DNA of 64,000 nucleotides. It comes from Rhodobiaceae bacterium. Lineage in GTDB: Bacteria; Pseudomonadota; Alphaproteobacteria; Rhizobiales; JAKPQE01. Positions 45,632 through 55,091 of the stretch are shown piece by piece. Numbering within the stretch: position 1 is the first letter of the stretch; each line of letters starts with the position of its first letter. The stretch is taken from contig JANQEG010000027.1 in the NCBI GenBank assembly GCA_028278505.1, positions 6,025 to 70,024 on the forward strand. The letters are read 5' to 3'. Position numbers and translations under genes: made by a program. The notes under the pieces are model-generated. The model worked only from the letters and a program-made list of their open reading frames with translations, was not told the DNA's origin and did no database searches.

Positions 45632-46008
45632 ATGAGCACCATGCGCACCAGCCTGAGGCCGAGATAGAGGCCGAAGACGGCGCCGAACACCGACGTGCCG
45701 ATATAGGCGGCCGCCGTCATCGTCGCGCCGCGCTCGATCATCACGACAAGGTCGAGCGAAAAGGCGGAGAAGGTGGTGAAGCCGCCGAGCATGCCGGTGG
45801 CGACCAGCAGCCGTATATTGGCCGAGCCCTGGAATTTCAGCGCCAGCAGTTCGATGAAGACGCCCATCAGCAGCGAGCCGAGGATGTTGACGGTCAGCGT
45901 GCCCCAGGGAAAGCCGGGACCGAACGCCCGCAAGGTCCACATATTGACCAGATGGCGGAGCGCGGCGCCGACCGCGCCGCCGGCTGCGACGATGAGAAGA
46001 TGCTGCAT
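45628..46008 (-). CDS. crcB: Fluoride channel FluC/CrcB
   Basis: GGAVGAALR, FPWGTL.VN, GGFTTFSAF. Confidence 0.95.
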   Translation of the reverse strand: MQHLLIVAAGGAVGAALRHLVNMWTLRAFGPGFPWGTLTVNILGSLLMGVFIELLALKFQGSANIRLLVATGMLGGFTTFSAFSLDLVVMIERGATMTAAAYIGTSVFGAVFGLYLGLRLVRMVLM

Positions 46009-46174
46009 GATGACGGCCGTTTCCGCGGTTTCGATCGACTTCGCGACATATACCCTATCGGCGCCGGTTTCTCACCTTTGTGCGGGCGGGGCGTGGGACG
46101 CGTCTTCGATCCGTCGCAGAGAGGCAAATCTTCTGCGACCTCCGGAAATTCCCACCTCGCCCGCGAAAGCGGGC

Positions 46175-46308
46175 GTCCATTGGCCCGTCGACTTGCCAAC
46201 GCATTTGTGAAGAAGCTCAAGCGCTTCTGAATGCCGAAAAGCCATTGGATTGCCCGGATAAACCGGGCAACGACGATGGAGGAGGGATCGAAACCATCCC
46301 AAATTGCC
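46175..46308 (+). repeat. Copy 2 of ~130-bp dispersed repeat
   Basis: Aligns to 37572-37704. Confidence 0.85.
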
Positions 46309-46314
46309 TAAACC

Positions 46315-46693
46315 ACAAACCCGGCAATGACGCCGGTGGTGGGGCGGCGTCTTTCACGCAAGCGTCCACACCACCCACCGCTCCCGCGGAAGCGGGAGTC
46401 TTCTGCCCCGCTCAACACGGTATGTCGGCCCAGATCCGGGCGATGTCTCGAATTTATCAATTGGGCCAGGAATTTGTCGCCGACGCCAATGGTTCCCCGC
46501 TTTCGCGGGGAAGGTGCGGATTGGGAGCCAAATGGGCAATCCGGTTTCAGTTCCTGTGCTCCGTTTCGCAGTTCCTCTCCCCTGTCATCACCGGGCTTGT
46601 CCCGGTGATCCATGGGGCCTGACAGTCTGAAAACAAAGTCAGTTTGGATTGCCGGGACAAACCCGGCAATGACGCCGGTGGTGGGGCGGCGTC
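46315..46693 (+). repeat. 37-bp perfect direct repeats (46315-46351, 46657-46693) enclosing REP modules
   Basis: ACAAACCCGGCAATGACGCCGGTGGTGGGGCGGCGTC twice. Confidence 0.85.
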
Positions 46694-46819
46694 GTTCACG
46701 CGGAACGCCTCTCCGACCATGTTCATACCGGCGCAATTCCGTGATAAATCCACATATTCAACGGCTTAACCGGTCTCATCGAGTTTATACCGGCCAGCAA
46801 TACCTTTTCGCGGGAAATT

Positions 46820-47845
46820 CTATCCCGGCTCCGGGCACTCATCGGTATAGGACGTCGTGATGTTGGCGAGGAACATGTCGGCCGACTGCGCCCAGGTATA
46901 CGTCATCGCGTAGTCGCGGCAGCGGTCGCCGGAAATGTCGAGTGCGGCAAGCGCCGCCGCACCCAGATCATCATCGAGCACGCCGACGCCGCTGTCGCCG
47001 ATCACGTCGAGCGGGCCGGTCACCGGATAGGCGGCGACCGGCAGGCCGGAAGCGAGCGCTTCAAGCAAGACGACGCCGAAGGTGTCGGTCAGGCTCGGGA
47101 ACACGAACACGTCGGCCGACGCATAATGGGCGGCCAACTCCTCGCCGACCTTGCTGCCGACGAACACCGCATCGGGGAAACGGGAAATCAGCGTCTCGCG
47201 CGCCGGCCCGTCGCCGACGACGAGTTTGGTTCCGGGCAGATCGAGCTTTAAGAAAGCCTCGATATTCTTCTCCACGGCGACGCGGCCGACATAGAGGAAT
47301 ACCGGCCGCGGCAGGTCGAGGATCGCGTGTTCGCGCGGACGATAGAGATCGGTATCGACGCCGCGGCTCCAACGGCAGATATGGGCAAAGCCGCGCGCGT
47401 CCAGTTCCCGCGCCAGGCTCGCGGTCGCCACCATGCAGCAGGTGCCGGCATTATGAAACCGCGCAAGCCAGCGATAGATCGGTCCCTCGGGTATCGGCAG
47501 CCGCGCCGACACATATTCGGGAAAGCGGGTGTGGAAGCTGGTGGTGAAACTGCGCCGCTTTTTGAGGCACCAGCGGCGCGCCAGAATGCCGAGCGGGCCC
47601 TCGGTGGCGATATGGATATGCTCCGGGTCGACTTCGCCCAGCCGTCGCCCGACTGCGCCGGGCGGGGCGAGCGCGAGCCGGATTTCCGGATAGGTCGGCA
47701 GCGGCAGCGTCCGATACTGGCTCGGCACGATCGGAACGACCTCGATGCCGCGCTGATCCAGCTCGTGCTGCAGATTTTGAAACGTGCGAACGACGCCGTT
47801 GACCTGCGGCGCCCAGGCGTCGGAAACCAGCGCTATCCGCATCAA
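46820..47845 (-). CDS. GT4 glycosyltransferase, Agt-like (glycosyl-diacylglycerol synthase)
   Basis: DAWAPQVNGVV, HIATEGP, YVGRVAVEKN, DTFGVVLLEA; adjacent to plcP-like gene. Confidence 0.82.
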   Translation of the reverse strand: MMRIALVSDAWAPQVNGVVRTFQNLQHELDQRGIEVVPIVPSQYRTLPLPTYPEIRLALAPPGAVGRRLGEVDPEHIHIATEGPLGILARRWCLKKRRSFTTSFHTRFPEYVSARLPIPEGPIYRWLARFHNAGTCCMVATASLARELDARGFAHICRWSRGVDTDLYRPREHAILDLPRPVFLYVGRVAVEKNIEAFLKLDLPGTKLVVGDGPARETLISRFPDAVFVGSKVGEELAAHYASADVFVFPSLTDTFGVVLLEALASGLPVAAYPVTGPLDVIGDSGVGVLDDDLGAAALAALDISGDRCRDYAMTYTWAQSADMFLANITTSYTDECPEPG

Positions 47846-48669
47846 GCGGCCTCCAGCGGCTTCCTCGTCGCCGCGGCCAGCACGTGCTTCTGGTAGATTT
47901 CGCTCCAGCGGATGATCCGGTACGCGCCGTCGAGGGTTTCGACGATTGCCGTACAGCTTTCGACCCAGTCGCCGGTGTTCATGTAGCGAATGCCATAGTC
48001 GTCATGGATCGCGGCGTGGTGGATGTGGCCGCAGATGACCCCGTCGACGCCGTTTTGCCTGGCCTCCTCGGCGACGACGCGCTCGAATTCGCCGATGAAG
48101 TTGACCGCGTTCTTGACCTTGAGCTTGGCCCAGGCCGACAGCGACCAGTAGGGAAATCCGAGCCAGCGCCGGACGATGTTAAAAGTGGTGTTGGCTTTTA
48201 AAGCGAGATCGTAGGCCCAGTCGCCGAGAATGGCGAGAAAGCGGGCATGGCGGACGACCACGTCGAACTCGTCGCCGTGGAGGATCAGATGCCGCTTGCC
48301 GTCGAGCCCCTCATGGACGGCGCGGCCGACGATCCGGATGCTGCCGAAATGGCCGTCGAGATAATCGCGCAGGAACTCGTCGTGATTGCCCGGAACATAG
48401 ATGATGCGCGCGCCCTTGCGGCCCTTGCGCAGGATCTTCTGGACGATGTCGTTGTGGGCCTGCGGCCAGTACCACGACCGGCGCAGCCGCCAGCCGTCGA
48501 CGATGTCGCCGATGAGGTAGATGAGATCGGCGTCGTGGAAGCGCAGAAATTCGAGCAGCAGCGCTGCCTGGCAGCCGCGCGTGCCGAGATGGATATCGGA
48601 CAGGAAGATGGCGCGGTAGTGGCGCGTGGTGAGGTCTTCCAACGGCTCAATTTGATCGTCTTTGGGCAT
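47842..48669 (-). CDS. plcP: PlcP-like phospholipase C (LpxH-like metallophosphoesterase)
   Basis: SDIHLG, GDIVDGW, GNHD, HGD, GHIH, GDWVES; bta/GT4 context. Confidence 0.78.
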   Translation of the reverse strand: MPKDDQIEPLEDLTTRHYRAIFLSDIHLGTRGCQAALLLEFLRFHDADLIYLIGDIVDGWRLRRSWYWPQAHNDIVQKILRKGRKGARIIYVPGNHDEFLRDYLDGHFGSIRIVGRAVHEGLDGKRHLILHGDEFDVVVRHARFLAILGDWAYDLALKANTTFNIVRRWLGFPYWSLSAWAKLKVKNAVNFIGEFERVVAEEARQNGVDGVICGHIHHAAIHDDYGIRYMNTGDWVESCTAIVETLDGAYRIIRWSEIYQKHVLAAATRKPLEAA

Positions 48670-48695
48670 TCGCCGTTCCAATCCGCATCCGGGGA

Positions 48696-49373
48696 TTATC
48701 TGCCTGCTGTCGCCGGGCGCGACAGCGTGGCCAGAAACGCATAGCCGCGGCCGAAGGCGCGAATGTCGACATCGCATCCCCGCACTTCGGCCAGGGCCCT
48801 GAGCGCGGCAGCGAACTCGCCGGCGCGCGGCGCGACGTGAAAGAGCGAAAGCCAGGCGAACAGCAGCCGTCGGAAGACGGCCGGCAGATCGCGCTGCGCG
48901 CCAAAATCGACGATGTGCAGGCGCCCGCCAAGCGCGAGCCCGTTCGCCGCCCGGGTCAGCGCCGAACGCCAGTCGGGGATCATTGACAGCGTGTAGGAAA
49001 AGGCGATGCGGTCGAAGCCGTCGAGGCGGAAGGGAAAGCGCGGATCGGTCGCCGCCGCGTCGGCCTCGGCAAGCGTGATCCGCTCGGCCAGCCCGGCGCG
49101 GCCGATCGCGGCCCTCGCTGTGGCGAGCATTTCGGTCGAGATATCGATGCCGTAGAGCCGGGTCGTCGGGTGGCGGCGGGCGATTTCGATCAGATTGCGC
49201 CCGGTGCCGCAGCCGATTTCAAGCACCCGTCCATTTACCGGCGGATCGAGTTCGGCGATCAGCCGGTCGCGGCCGAACAGATAATATTTGCGCGTCGCAT
49301 TGTAGATATGGCGCTGATACCGGTAGGTCCGGTCCATCAATTGGCGATGCGGGGTCCGCGCGGCGGCCGTCAT
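48696..49373 (-). CDS. btaB: Betaine lipid N-methyltransferase
   Basis: MDRTYRYQRHIYNATRKYYLFGR, EIGCGTGRN, SYTLSMIPDW. Confidence 0.88.
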   Translation of the reverse strand: MTAAARTPHRQLMDRTYRYQRHIYNATRKYYLFGRDRLIAELDPPVNGRVLEIGCGTGRNLIEIARRHPTTRLYGIDISTEMLATARAAIGRAGLAERITLAEADAAATDPRFPFRLDGFDRIAFSYTLSMIPDWRSALTRAANGLALGGRLHIVDFGAQRDLPAVFRRLLFAWLSLFHVAPRAGEFAAALRALAEVRGCDVDIRAFGRGYAFLATLSRPATAGR

Positions 49374-50617
49374 GCGTCGAGCCCCCGCAGCCTGTAGAGA
49401 TGGAAACCGCCATAGATCGCCGAGCGGTCGCGCTCATGGACCGCGGCGGAGGTTTCCGCGTCGTAGCGCCAGCGGCCGAGAATATCGTCGTCGACGCGGC
49501 CGGGAAGCAGGTCCGGCTCAGCCGCGGTGCGGAAAATCACCCGGGCGCCCGGCCTGGCGGTGCGGGTGATCTCGTACCAGAGCGCGTTCAATTGCTCGTC
49601 GCTCATCCAGTCCTGGGCGTCGAGCAGGACCACGCGGTCGACGCTTTCCGGCGGCTGATCGGCAAGAAAATCGGTCATCGACCGGTGCAGCACACTGACC
49701 TCTTCCGCCCGCGCGCGCAGCGCCCCGAACCGGGATTGCCGGAGATAGAGCGGCAGCGCCTCGTCGGCGTCGGTCGAATAGCGCCGGCCGAAGGCCTGAT
49801 GGGCGAAATAATTGTCGGAAAGGTCGAAATCGCAGGCCAGCCGGCGCAGACGGTCGCGCAGCACATCGGCCATGTGGCGGTCCCCGGCGAGTGCTGAATA
49901 CTGCGCCGGCGGAATGCCGAGGCCGTAGAGCGAGATCGTCCGGCCGGTCAGCCAGCGCAGGAAGCGCCGGTCGAACAGCGGCGCGATCTGGGCATCGAAA
50001 ATCTCGATCTGCTGATCGCGATCGCCGGCCGTGAGCATGATCCGCGGATCGATGCCGTATAGGCGCGCCACCTTGTGGGCAGCGCCGATGAAGCGGCCGA
50101 GCAGCCCCTTGGTGTAGAAATTGCCGGAAAACGCCGCGATGCGCCGGCGGCCGAGGCGCCGCCGCTGCCAATAGCTGCGGGTCGCCGGGTCAAGGGCGCG
50201 GTCGAGGCAGCGGTCGAACGCGGCAATGTTGTCGGGCTGGCGCGGCTCGGCGAAGAACCGCCGGAACGCCGCATAGTCGGGCAGGTTCCGGGCGGCGGCG
50301 AGCTTCAATCGGGTCAGCGCGATATGGGCCGGGTTGAGGTCGACCGCGGTGATTTTGCATGGCGCCGCGGACAGGTAGGACATGACGTTGCAGCCGCCCG
50401 ACGAGATCGTCACCAGATGGTTGTCCGGCTCGATCTCGAGTGCGTCGAGGTCGGCTTCCGGGTCCTCCCAGATCTGCGGATAGACGAGGCCGGTGAACGC
50501 CATCGTAAACAGCCTGTCGAGCATGCCGGCATTGGGCCTGGCGCTGTCTGCCCCGAGCGCCGCCCGGATCCTCGACGCCGACGCCTTGCGTGAAGCGATC
50601 GCGACTGCGTCCAACAC
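49370..50617 (-). CDS. btaA: SAM:diacylglycerol 3-amino-3-carboxypropyl transferase (DUF3419)
   Basis: LVYPQIWEDP, ISSGGCN, VDLNPAH, NYF, LLDAQDWM, DRSAIYGGF. Confidence 0.9.
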   Translation of the reverse strand: MLDAVAIASRKASASRIRAALGADSARPNAGMLDRLFTMAFTGLVYPQIWEDPEADLDALEIEPDNHLVTISSGGCNVMSYLSAAPCKITAVDLNPAHIALTRLKLAAARNLPDYAAFRRFFAEPRQPDNIAAFDRCLDRALDPATRSYWQRRRLGRRRIAAFSGNFYTKGLLGRFIGAAHKVARLYGIDPRIMLTAGDRDQQIEIFDAQIAPLFDRRFLRWLTGRTISLYGLGIPPAQYSALAGDRHMADVLRDRLRRLACDFDLSDNYFAHQAFGRRYSTDADEALPLYLRQSRFGALRARAEEVSVLHRSMTDFLADQPPESVDRVVLLDAQDWMSDEQLNALWYEITRTARPGARVIFRTAAEPDLLPGRVDDDILGRWRYDAETSAAVHERDRSAIYGGFHLYRLRGLDA

Positions 50618-50683
50618 TCCACTCCTCTTAACGGTTGCGAATCGATTGTCCTGTGGTCGTCGTCCTGCGGATAAAGTGGAAGC

Positions 50684-50701
50684 ATGAAAGACGGATGACA
50701 C
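50684..50701 (-). promoter_or_regulatory. Pho box GTGTCAT-CCGT-CTTTCAT
   Basis: 7-4-7 match to CTGTCAT repeat about 67 bp upstream of btaA. Confidence 0.7.
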
Positions 50702-50839
50702 TCGAATTCGCGGCAATTGCCCGGAATTCCGCCGAAAGCGGCCAAGTTGCCGGCAACGAGCGGCAATTGGTCGCGAAACCGGGCACGGGCGCCCTGCCCA
50801 TTGATGAGTGCGTGTGCCGCCGAAGTCTTCGACGCCCGC

Positions 50840-51445
50840 CCCCTCACCCGGCGCTTCGCGCCGCCCTCTCCCCCAAAGGGGGCGAGGGCTGAAAGCGGGA
50901 CTTCGATAAGGCCTGACCGCAAACCCGGCCATTTGCCGAACCGCCCCAATGGACCCCCGTCTTCACCGGGGTGACGGAGGAAATTGCGTAAGTGACGGAA
51001 GAAGCGGGGCGACGGAGGACAATGGTGAGTGACTCTGGAGAATTCGGATGACCAGCATGTCCACCACGTATTCGTCGTTCCCGCGAAGGCGGGAATCCAA
51101 TAGGGCTTTTCCGCAATGAAACTGACTGCCGCCACCGCCTAACGCCCCGATTTCGAAGAGCAATCCCAAAGGGGGCGAGGGCTGAAAGCCGCTGCAGTCG
51201 CAAATTTCTCCCTCTCCGCGGATGGCGAGAGGTGAAGTCTTTCAATGCCTTGCGGTTTTCGTGCCCTCTCTGCCGGTGGGGAGAGGGTCAGGGTGAGTTG
51301 GTAAATCCCTCGCCTTCAGGTGATGGACCAAAGGAGAACGTCATCGCGAGGCCACGAAGTGGCCGTGGCGATCCAGTCTACAGATGAAGGAGGAATTCGG
51401 CCCTGGATTGCTTCCCCCGGCTTCCGCCGGGGTCGCAATGACGGG
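50840..51445. repeat. Intergenic mosaic of several REP families, including a 25-bp direct repeat (50872-50896, 51165-51189)
   Basis: CCCTCACCC units, GTTCCCGCGAAGGCGGGAATCC unit, GTCATCGCGAG..GCAATGAC doublet. Confidence 0.75.
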
Positions 51446-51566
51446 GATGGTGTCGGCGGTGGTATCCGTCTGCCGACCGATCCGGCTTTCAGCCGCAACC
51501 CGAAGCCACCGACCTGAGCCGGTGAGGTGTCCAAATTGTTGTAATAATTTCTCTATTATCATCCTA

Positions 51567-51588
51567 TTGACTTTTACGTAAAAGTCAA
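51567..51588. promoter_or_regulatory. LiuR-type operator TTGACTTTTACGTAAAAGTCAA
   Basis: Perfect 22-bp palindrome with TTTACGTAAA core starting at a -35-like TTGACT, upstream of the MerR gene. Confidence 0.8.
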
Positions 51589-51625
51589 AATAATTGCAGA
51601 AAACACCCCAATCGAGGGCTCATTT

Positions 51626-52042
51626 TTGAAACCGCTCTGCAGCATTACCGATCTCTGCCGCGAATTCGACGTGTCGACGCGGACCCTGCGCTTTTACGAG
51701 ACCGAGGGCCTGATTTCGCCGATCCGGCGCGGCCGCCAGCGGCTCTATCGCTCCAGCGACCGGACCCGGCTGAAGCTGATCCTGCGCGGCAAGCGGCTCG
51801 GCTTCACGCTCGCCGAGATCCGCGAAATCGTCGACATGTATCGCGCGCCGCCCGGCGAAACCGGGCAGCTTCTGCTGCTGGTCGACAAGATTGCCGACCG
51901 GCGGGCCGAATTGATGCAAAAGCAACGCGATATCGAGCTGACGCTTTCCGAGCTCAACGAAGTCGAAGCCGGCTGCCGCCAACGGCTCGACGCGCTTGGC
52001 GCCCGCGGGCCCGCAAAAGCGGGAGACGATGATGGGGTTTGA
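51626..52042 (+). CDS. liuR: MerR-family regulator, LiuR type
   Basis: SITDLCREFDVSTRTLRFYE, RLKLILRGKRLGF; upstream of ivd. Confidence 0.85.
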   Translation: MKPLCSITDLCREFDVSTRTLRFYETEGLISPIRRGRQRLYRSSDRTRLKLILRGKRLGFTLAEIREIVDMYRAPPGETGQLLLLVDKIADRRAELMQKQRDIELTLSELNEVEAGCRQRLDALGARGPAKAGDDDGV

Positions 52043-52505
52043 ACCGCGCACTCCCGATTTCGCCGCGCGCGTCGCGGACAGCTTCGCCCGGCAATCCTTC
52101 ATGACGCTGCTCGGCGCCCGGCTCGCCCATATCGCGCCCGGAGAGGTCGATATCGAGACCCCGGCGCGCGACGATCTCTGCCAGCAGCACGGCTTCTTCC
52201 ACGCCGGCGTCACCGCCTCGATCGCCGACAGCGCCGCCGGTTATGCCGCCTATTCGCTGTTTTCCGCCGAGTCGAGCGTGTTGACGACCGAGTTCAAGAT
52301 CAATCTGCTGGCCCCGGCCGCCGGCGAGGTGCTGATCGCCCGCGGCCGCGTGGTCAAGCCCGGACGCACGCTGACGATCGCCCGCGCCGATGTCTATGGC
52401 GTTCAGGATGGTGTCGAGGTCCATGTCGCCACGGCGCTCTACACGATGATGCAGATGGCGGGCATGTCCGATCAGGCGATCGCGAAGACGGCGGAGGGCG
52501 GCTGA
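52029..52505 (+). CDS. PaaI-family thioesterase
   Basis: QQHGFFHAG..ADSAAG, EFKINLLAPA, GRTL. Confidence 0.9.
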   Translation: MMGFEPRTPDFAARVADSFARQSFMTLLGARLAHIAPGEVDIETPARDDLCQQHGFFHAGVTASIADSAAGYAAYSLFSAESSVLTTEFKINLLAPAAGEVLIARGRVVKPGRTLTIARADVYGVQDGVEVHVATALYTMMQMAGMSDQAIAKTAEGG

Positions 52506-52506
52506 C

Positions 52507-52944
52507 ATGGGAATGGAGGCCGGCCTCATCACCTATCGCGGCGCCGTTTATCCCTGGCATTGCGATCACATGGGCCACATGAACGTCATGTACTATGTGG
52601 GCAAATTCGACCAGGCGACGTGGTGCTTCTTCGCCCGGCTCGGGCTCTCGCCGTCCCACCTCCGAAAAGCGGGCCGCGGCATGGCCGCCGTCGAGCAGCG
52701 CATCAGCTATAGGGCGGAACTGCACGCCGGGGACGTGGTCACGGTACGCACGAAGCTCGTCGAGTGCCGCGACAAGTCGATCCGCTTCGTGCATGAGATG
52801 ATGAATGACGAGACCGGCGAACTGGCGGCGGTGACCGAGCTGACCGGCGTCCACATGGACACTGAAGCCCGCCGCGCAGTGGCGTTTTCGGACGATATCC
52901 GCGTGGTGATCGAGTCATTCGGGAATGGAGGCGACCGTAAATGA
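52507..52944 (+). CDS. Acyl-CoA thioesterase (4HBT-like hotdog fold)
   Basis: VYPWHCDHMGHMNV.YY. Confidence 0.87.
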   Translation: MGMEAGLITYRGAVYPWHCDHMGHMNVMYYVGKFDQATWCFFARLGLSPSHLRKAGRGMAAVEQRISYRAELHAGDVVTVRTKLVECRDKSIRFVHEMMNDETGELAAVTELTGVHMDTEARRAVAFSDDIRVVIESFGNGGDRK

Positions 52945-53160
52945 CCCCCGGTCATTGCCGGGCTTGTCCCGGTACGCCGGTTAAGCGGTTTTGGCATCGA
53001 CATCTTGTCGTCGTCATTGCCCGCTTCGTAACGCTGGTGTTCGGCTTAATTGCACAAGGACGTCATGGGAAATTGCACGGATGCCGTTTTTTCGACCGAA
53101 GTGCCGCGTGGACACGGGTGGGCACCCCCTCTCGATGTCACCACCCGGTTTATCCGGGTG

Positions 53161-53290
53161 GTCCATTGGCTTGTCGGCTTGGCCAACGCGCTCGTGAGGA
53201 ATCCAGGCGCTTCAGGGTGCCGGTAAGCCATTGGATTGCCCGCCTAAAGCGGGCAATGACGACGGAGAGTTATCAATGCAATCCCAAATT
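53161..53290 (+). repeat. Copy 3 of ~130-bp dispersed repeat
   Basis: More diverged alignment to 37572-37704, with shared upstream GTCACC.CCCGGTTTATCCGGG.GGTCC REP. Confidence 0.8.
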
Positions 53291-53392
53291 CCCCTGATCG
53301 AACGGCAATAGCCTCATGGGCGCAATCCAACGGCCTGTCCATTTGCGAAAAGCGCCAAGCAACCGGCAAAGCCGCCTAAGGAGAGACGAGAC

Positions 53393-54565
53393 ATGATCCC
53401 CAATGACATGCCGACGCTTGATTTCGGCCTCGGCGAGACCGCCGACATGCTGCGCGACAGCGTTCGCGCCTTTGCCTCCGACCGGATCGCGCCGCGCGCC
53501 GAAGAGATCGACAAAACCAATACCTTTCCCCGCGATCTGTGGCCGGAAATGGGCGAACTCGGCCTGCATGGCATTACCGTCGAGGAGGACTATGGCGGCT
53601 CCGGGCTCGGCTATCTGGAGCATTGCATCTCCATGGAGGAAGTCAGCCGCGCCTCCGCCTCGGTCGGGCTTTCTTATGGCGCCCACTCCAATCTTTGCGT
53701 CAACCAGATCCGCCGCAACGGCACCGACGAGCAGAAGCGCCGCTACCTGCCGAAGCTGATCTCCGGCGAGCATGTCGGCGCGCTTGCCATGTCGGAACCG
53801 GGCGCCGGCTCCGATGTGGTCTCGATGAAGACCCGCGCCGACAAGAAGGGCGACCGCTACATCCTCAACGGCAGCAAGATGTGGATCACCAACGGGCCGG
53901 AGGCCGATACCCTCGTCGTCTACGCCAAGACCGACATGAATGCCGGCCCGCGCGGCATCACCACCTTCCTGATCGAGAAGGATTTCAAGGGCTTTTCGAC
54001 GGCGCAGAAGCTCGACAAGCTCGGCATGCGCGGCTCCGACACCTGCGAACTGGTGTTCGAGGATTGCGAGGTGCCCGAGGAGAACGTGCTCGGCCAGGAG
54101 GGCAAGGGCGTCAACGTGCTGATGTCCGGCCTCGATTATGAGCGCGTCGTGCTCGCCGCCGGCCCGCTCGGCATCATGCAGGCGGCGCTCGATGTCGCCA
54201 TGCCTTACGTGCACGAGCGCAAGCAGTTCGGCCAGCCGATCGGCACCTTCCAGCTCGTCCAGGGCAAGATCGCCGACATGTATGTGACGATGAACGCCTG
54301 CCGCGCCTATGTCTATGCCGTGGCCCAGGCGAGCGACCGCGGCGAGACCACCCGCCAGGACGCCGCCGGCGCCATCCTCTATGCCGGCGAAAAGGCGACG
54401 CAAATTGCGCTCGACGCGATCCAGCTTCTCGGCGGCAATGGCTACGTCAACGAATACCCGACGGGGCGGCTCCTGCGCGACGCCAAGCTTTACGAGATCG
54501 GCGCCGGCACCTCGGAAATCCGCCGCATGCTGATCGGGCGGGAATTGTTTGAGAAGACGGGCTGA
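53393..54565 (+). CDS. ivd: Isovaleryl-CoA dehydrogenase
   Basis: [40 protein letters not shown]. Confidence 0.94.
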   Translation: MIPNDMPTLDFGLGETADMLRDSVRAFASDRIAPRAEEIDKTNTFPRDLWPEMGELGLHGITVEEDYGGSGLGYLEHCISMEEVSRASASVGLSYGAHSNLCVNQIRRNGTDEQKRRYLPKLISGEHVGALAMSEPGAGSDVVSMKTRADKKGDRYILNGSKMWITNGPEADTLVVYAKTDMNAGPRGITTFLIEKDFKGFSTAQKLDKLGMRGSDTCELVFEDCEVPEENVLGQEGKGVNVLMSGLDYERVVLAAGPLGIMQAALDVAMPYVHERKQFGQPIGTFQLVQGKIADMYVTMNACRAYVYAVAQASDRGETTRQDAAGAILYAGEKATQIALDAIQLLGGNGYVNEYPTGRLLRDAKLYEIGAGTSEIRRMLIGRELFEKTG

Positions 54566-55029
54566 TGACCACACCTGAAGCGCGCCTGAAGGACCTCGGC
54601 ATCGAATTGGCCGCTCCGCGCGGGCCGGCCGGCGCCTATCGCCCGGTCGTCATCGACCACGGACTCGCCTGGCTCTCCGGCCAGGGGCCGATCGATCCCG
54701 AAGGCAATGCGATCCGGGGAAGCGTCCCCGACGAGGTGTCGATGGAGCGCGCCATCGAGGCGGCGCGCTGGACCGGCGTCAACGCGCTCGCCATGCTGCG
54801 CGCCGAGATCGGCTCACTCGACCGGGTCGAGCGGATCGTCAAGATCACCGGCTATGTCTGCGCCGCCCCCGGCTTCACCGAACACCCGAAGGTGATCGAC
54901 GGTTTTTCGACCCTGATGGTCGATGTCTTCGGCGATGCCGGGCGCGCGGCCCGGGCCGCCGTCGGCGTCGCCACCCTGCCCTTCGGCCTCGTCGTCGAAA
55001 TCGACATGGTGGTGCGATTGGAAGAGTAG
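54565..55029 (+). CDS. RidA/YjgF family protein
   Basis: SGQGP, VFGDAGRAARAAVG, LP..VEI. Confidence 0.88.
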   Translation: MTTPEARLKDLGIELAAPRGPAGAYRPVVIDHGLAWLSGQGPIDPEGNAIRGSVPDEVSMERAIEAARWTGVNALAMLRAEIGSLDRVERIVKITGYVCAAPGFTEHPKVIDGFSTLMVDVFGDAGRAARAAVGVATLPFGLVVEIDMVVRLEE

Positions 55030-55091
55030 GACCAGGGGCGGGTCATAGTGATTCATCTGACGGGCTCAGATCGGTTCATTCGGGCAGGCGC

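Noticed and set aside
46009-46140. Fluoride riboswitch upstream of crcB
   Set aside because: Could not find the GGCGATGG..GCTGATG crcB-motif consensus on the minus strand by eye; an Rfam scan would settle it.
46100-46720. CRISPR array
   Set aside because: Only two copies of the 37-bp repeat, 342 bp apart, REP-like content, no cas genes.
47842-48669. LpxH lipid A biosynthesis enzyme
   Set aside because: GNHD motif, Pho box and bta/GT4 neighbours favour PlcP.
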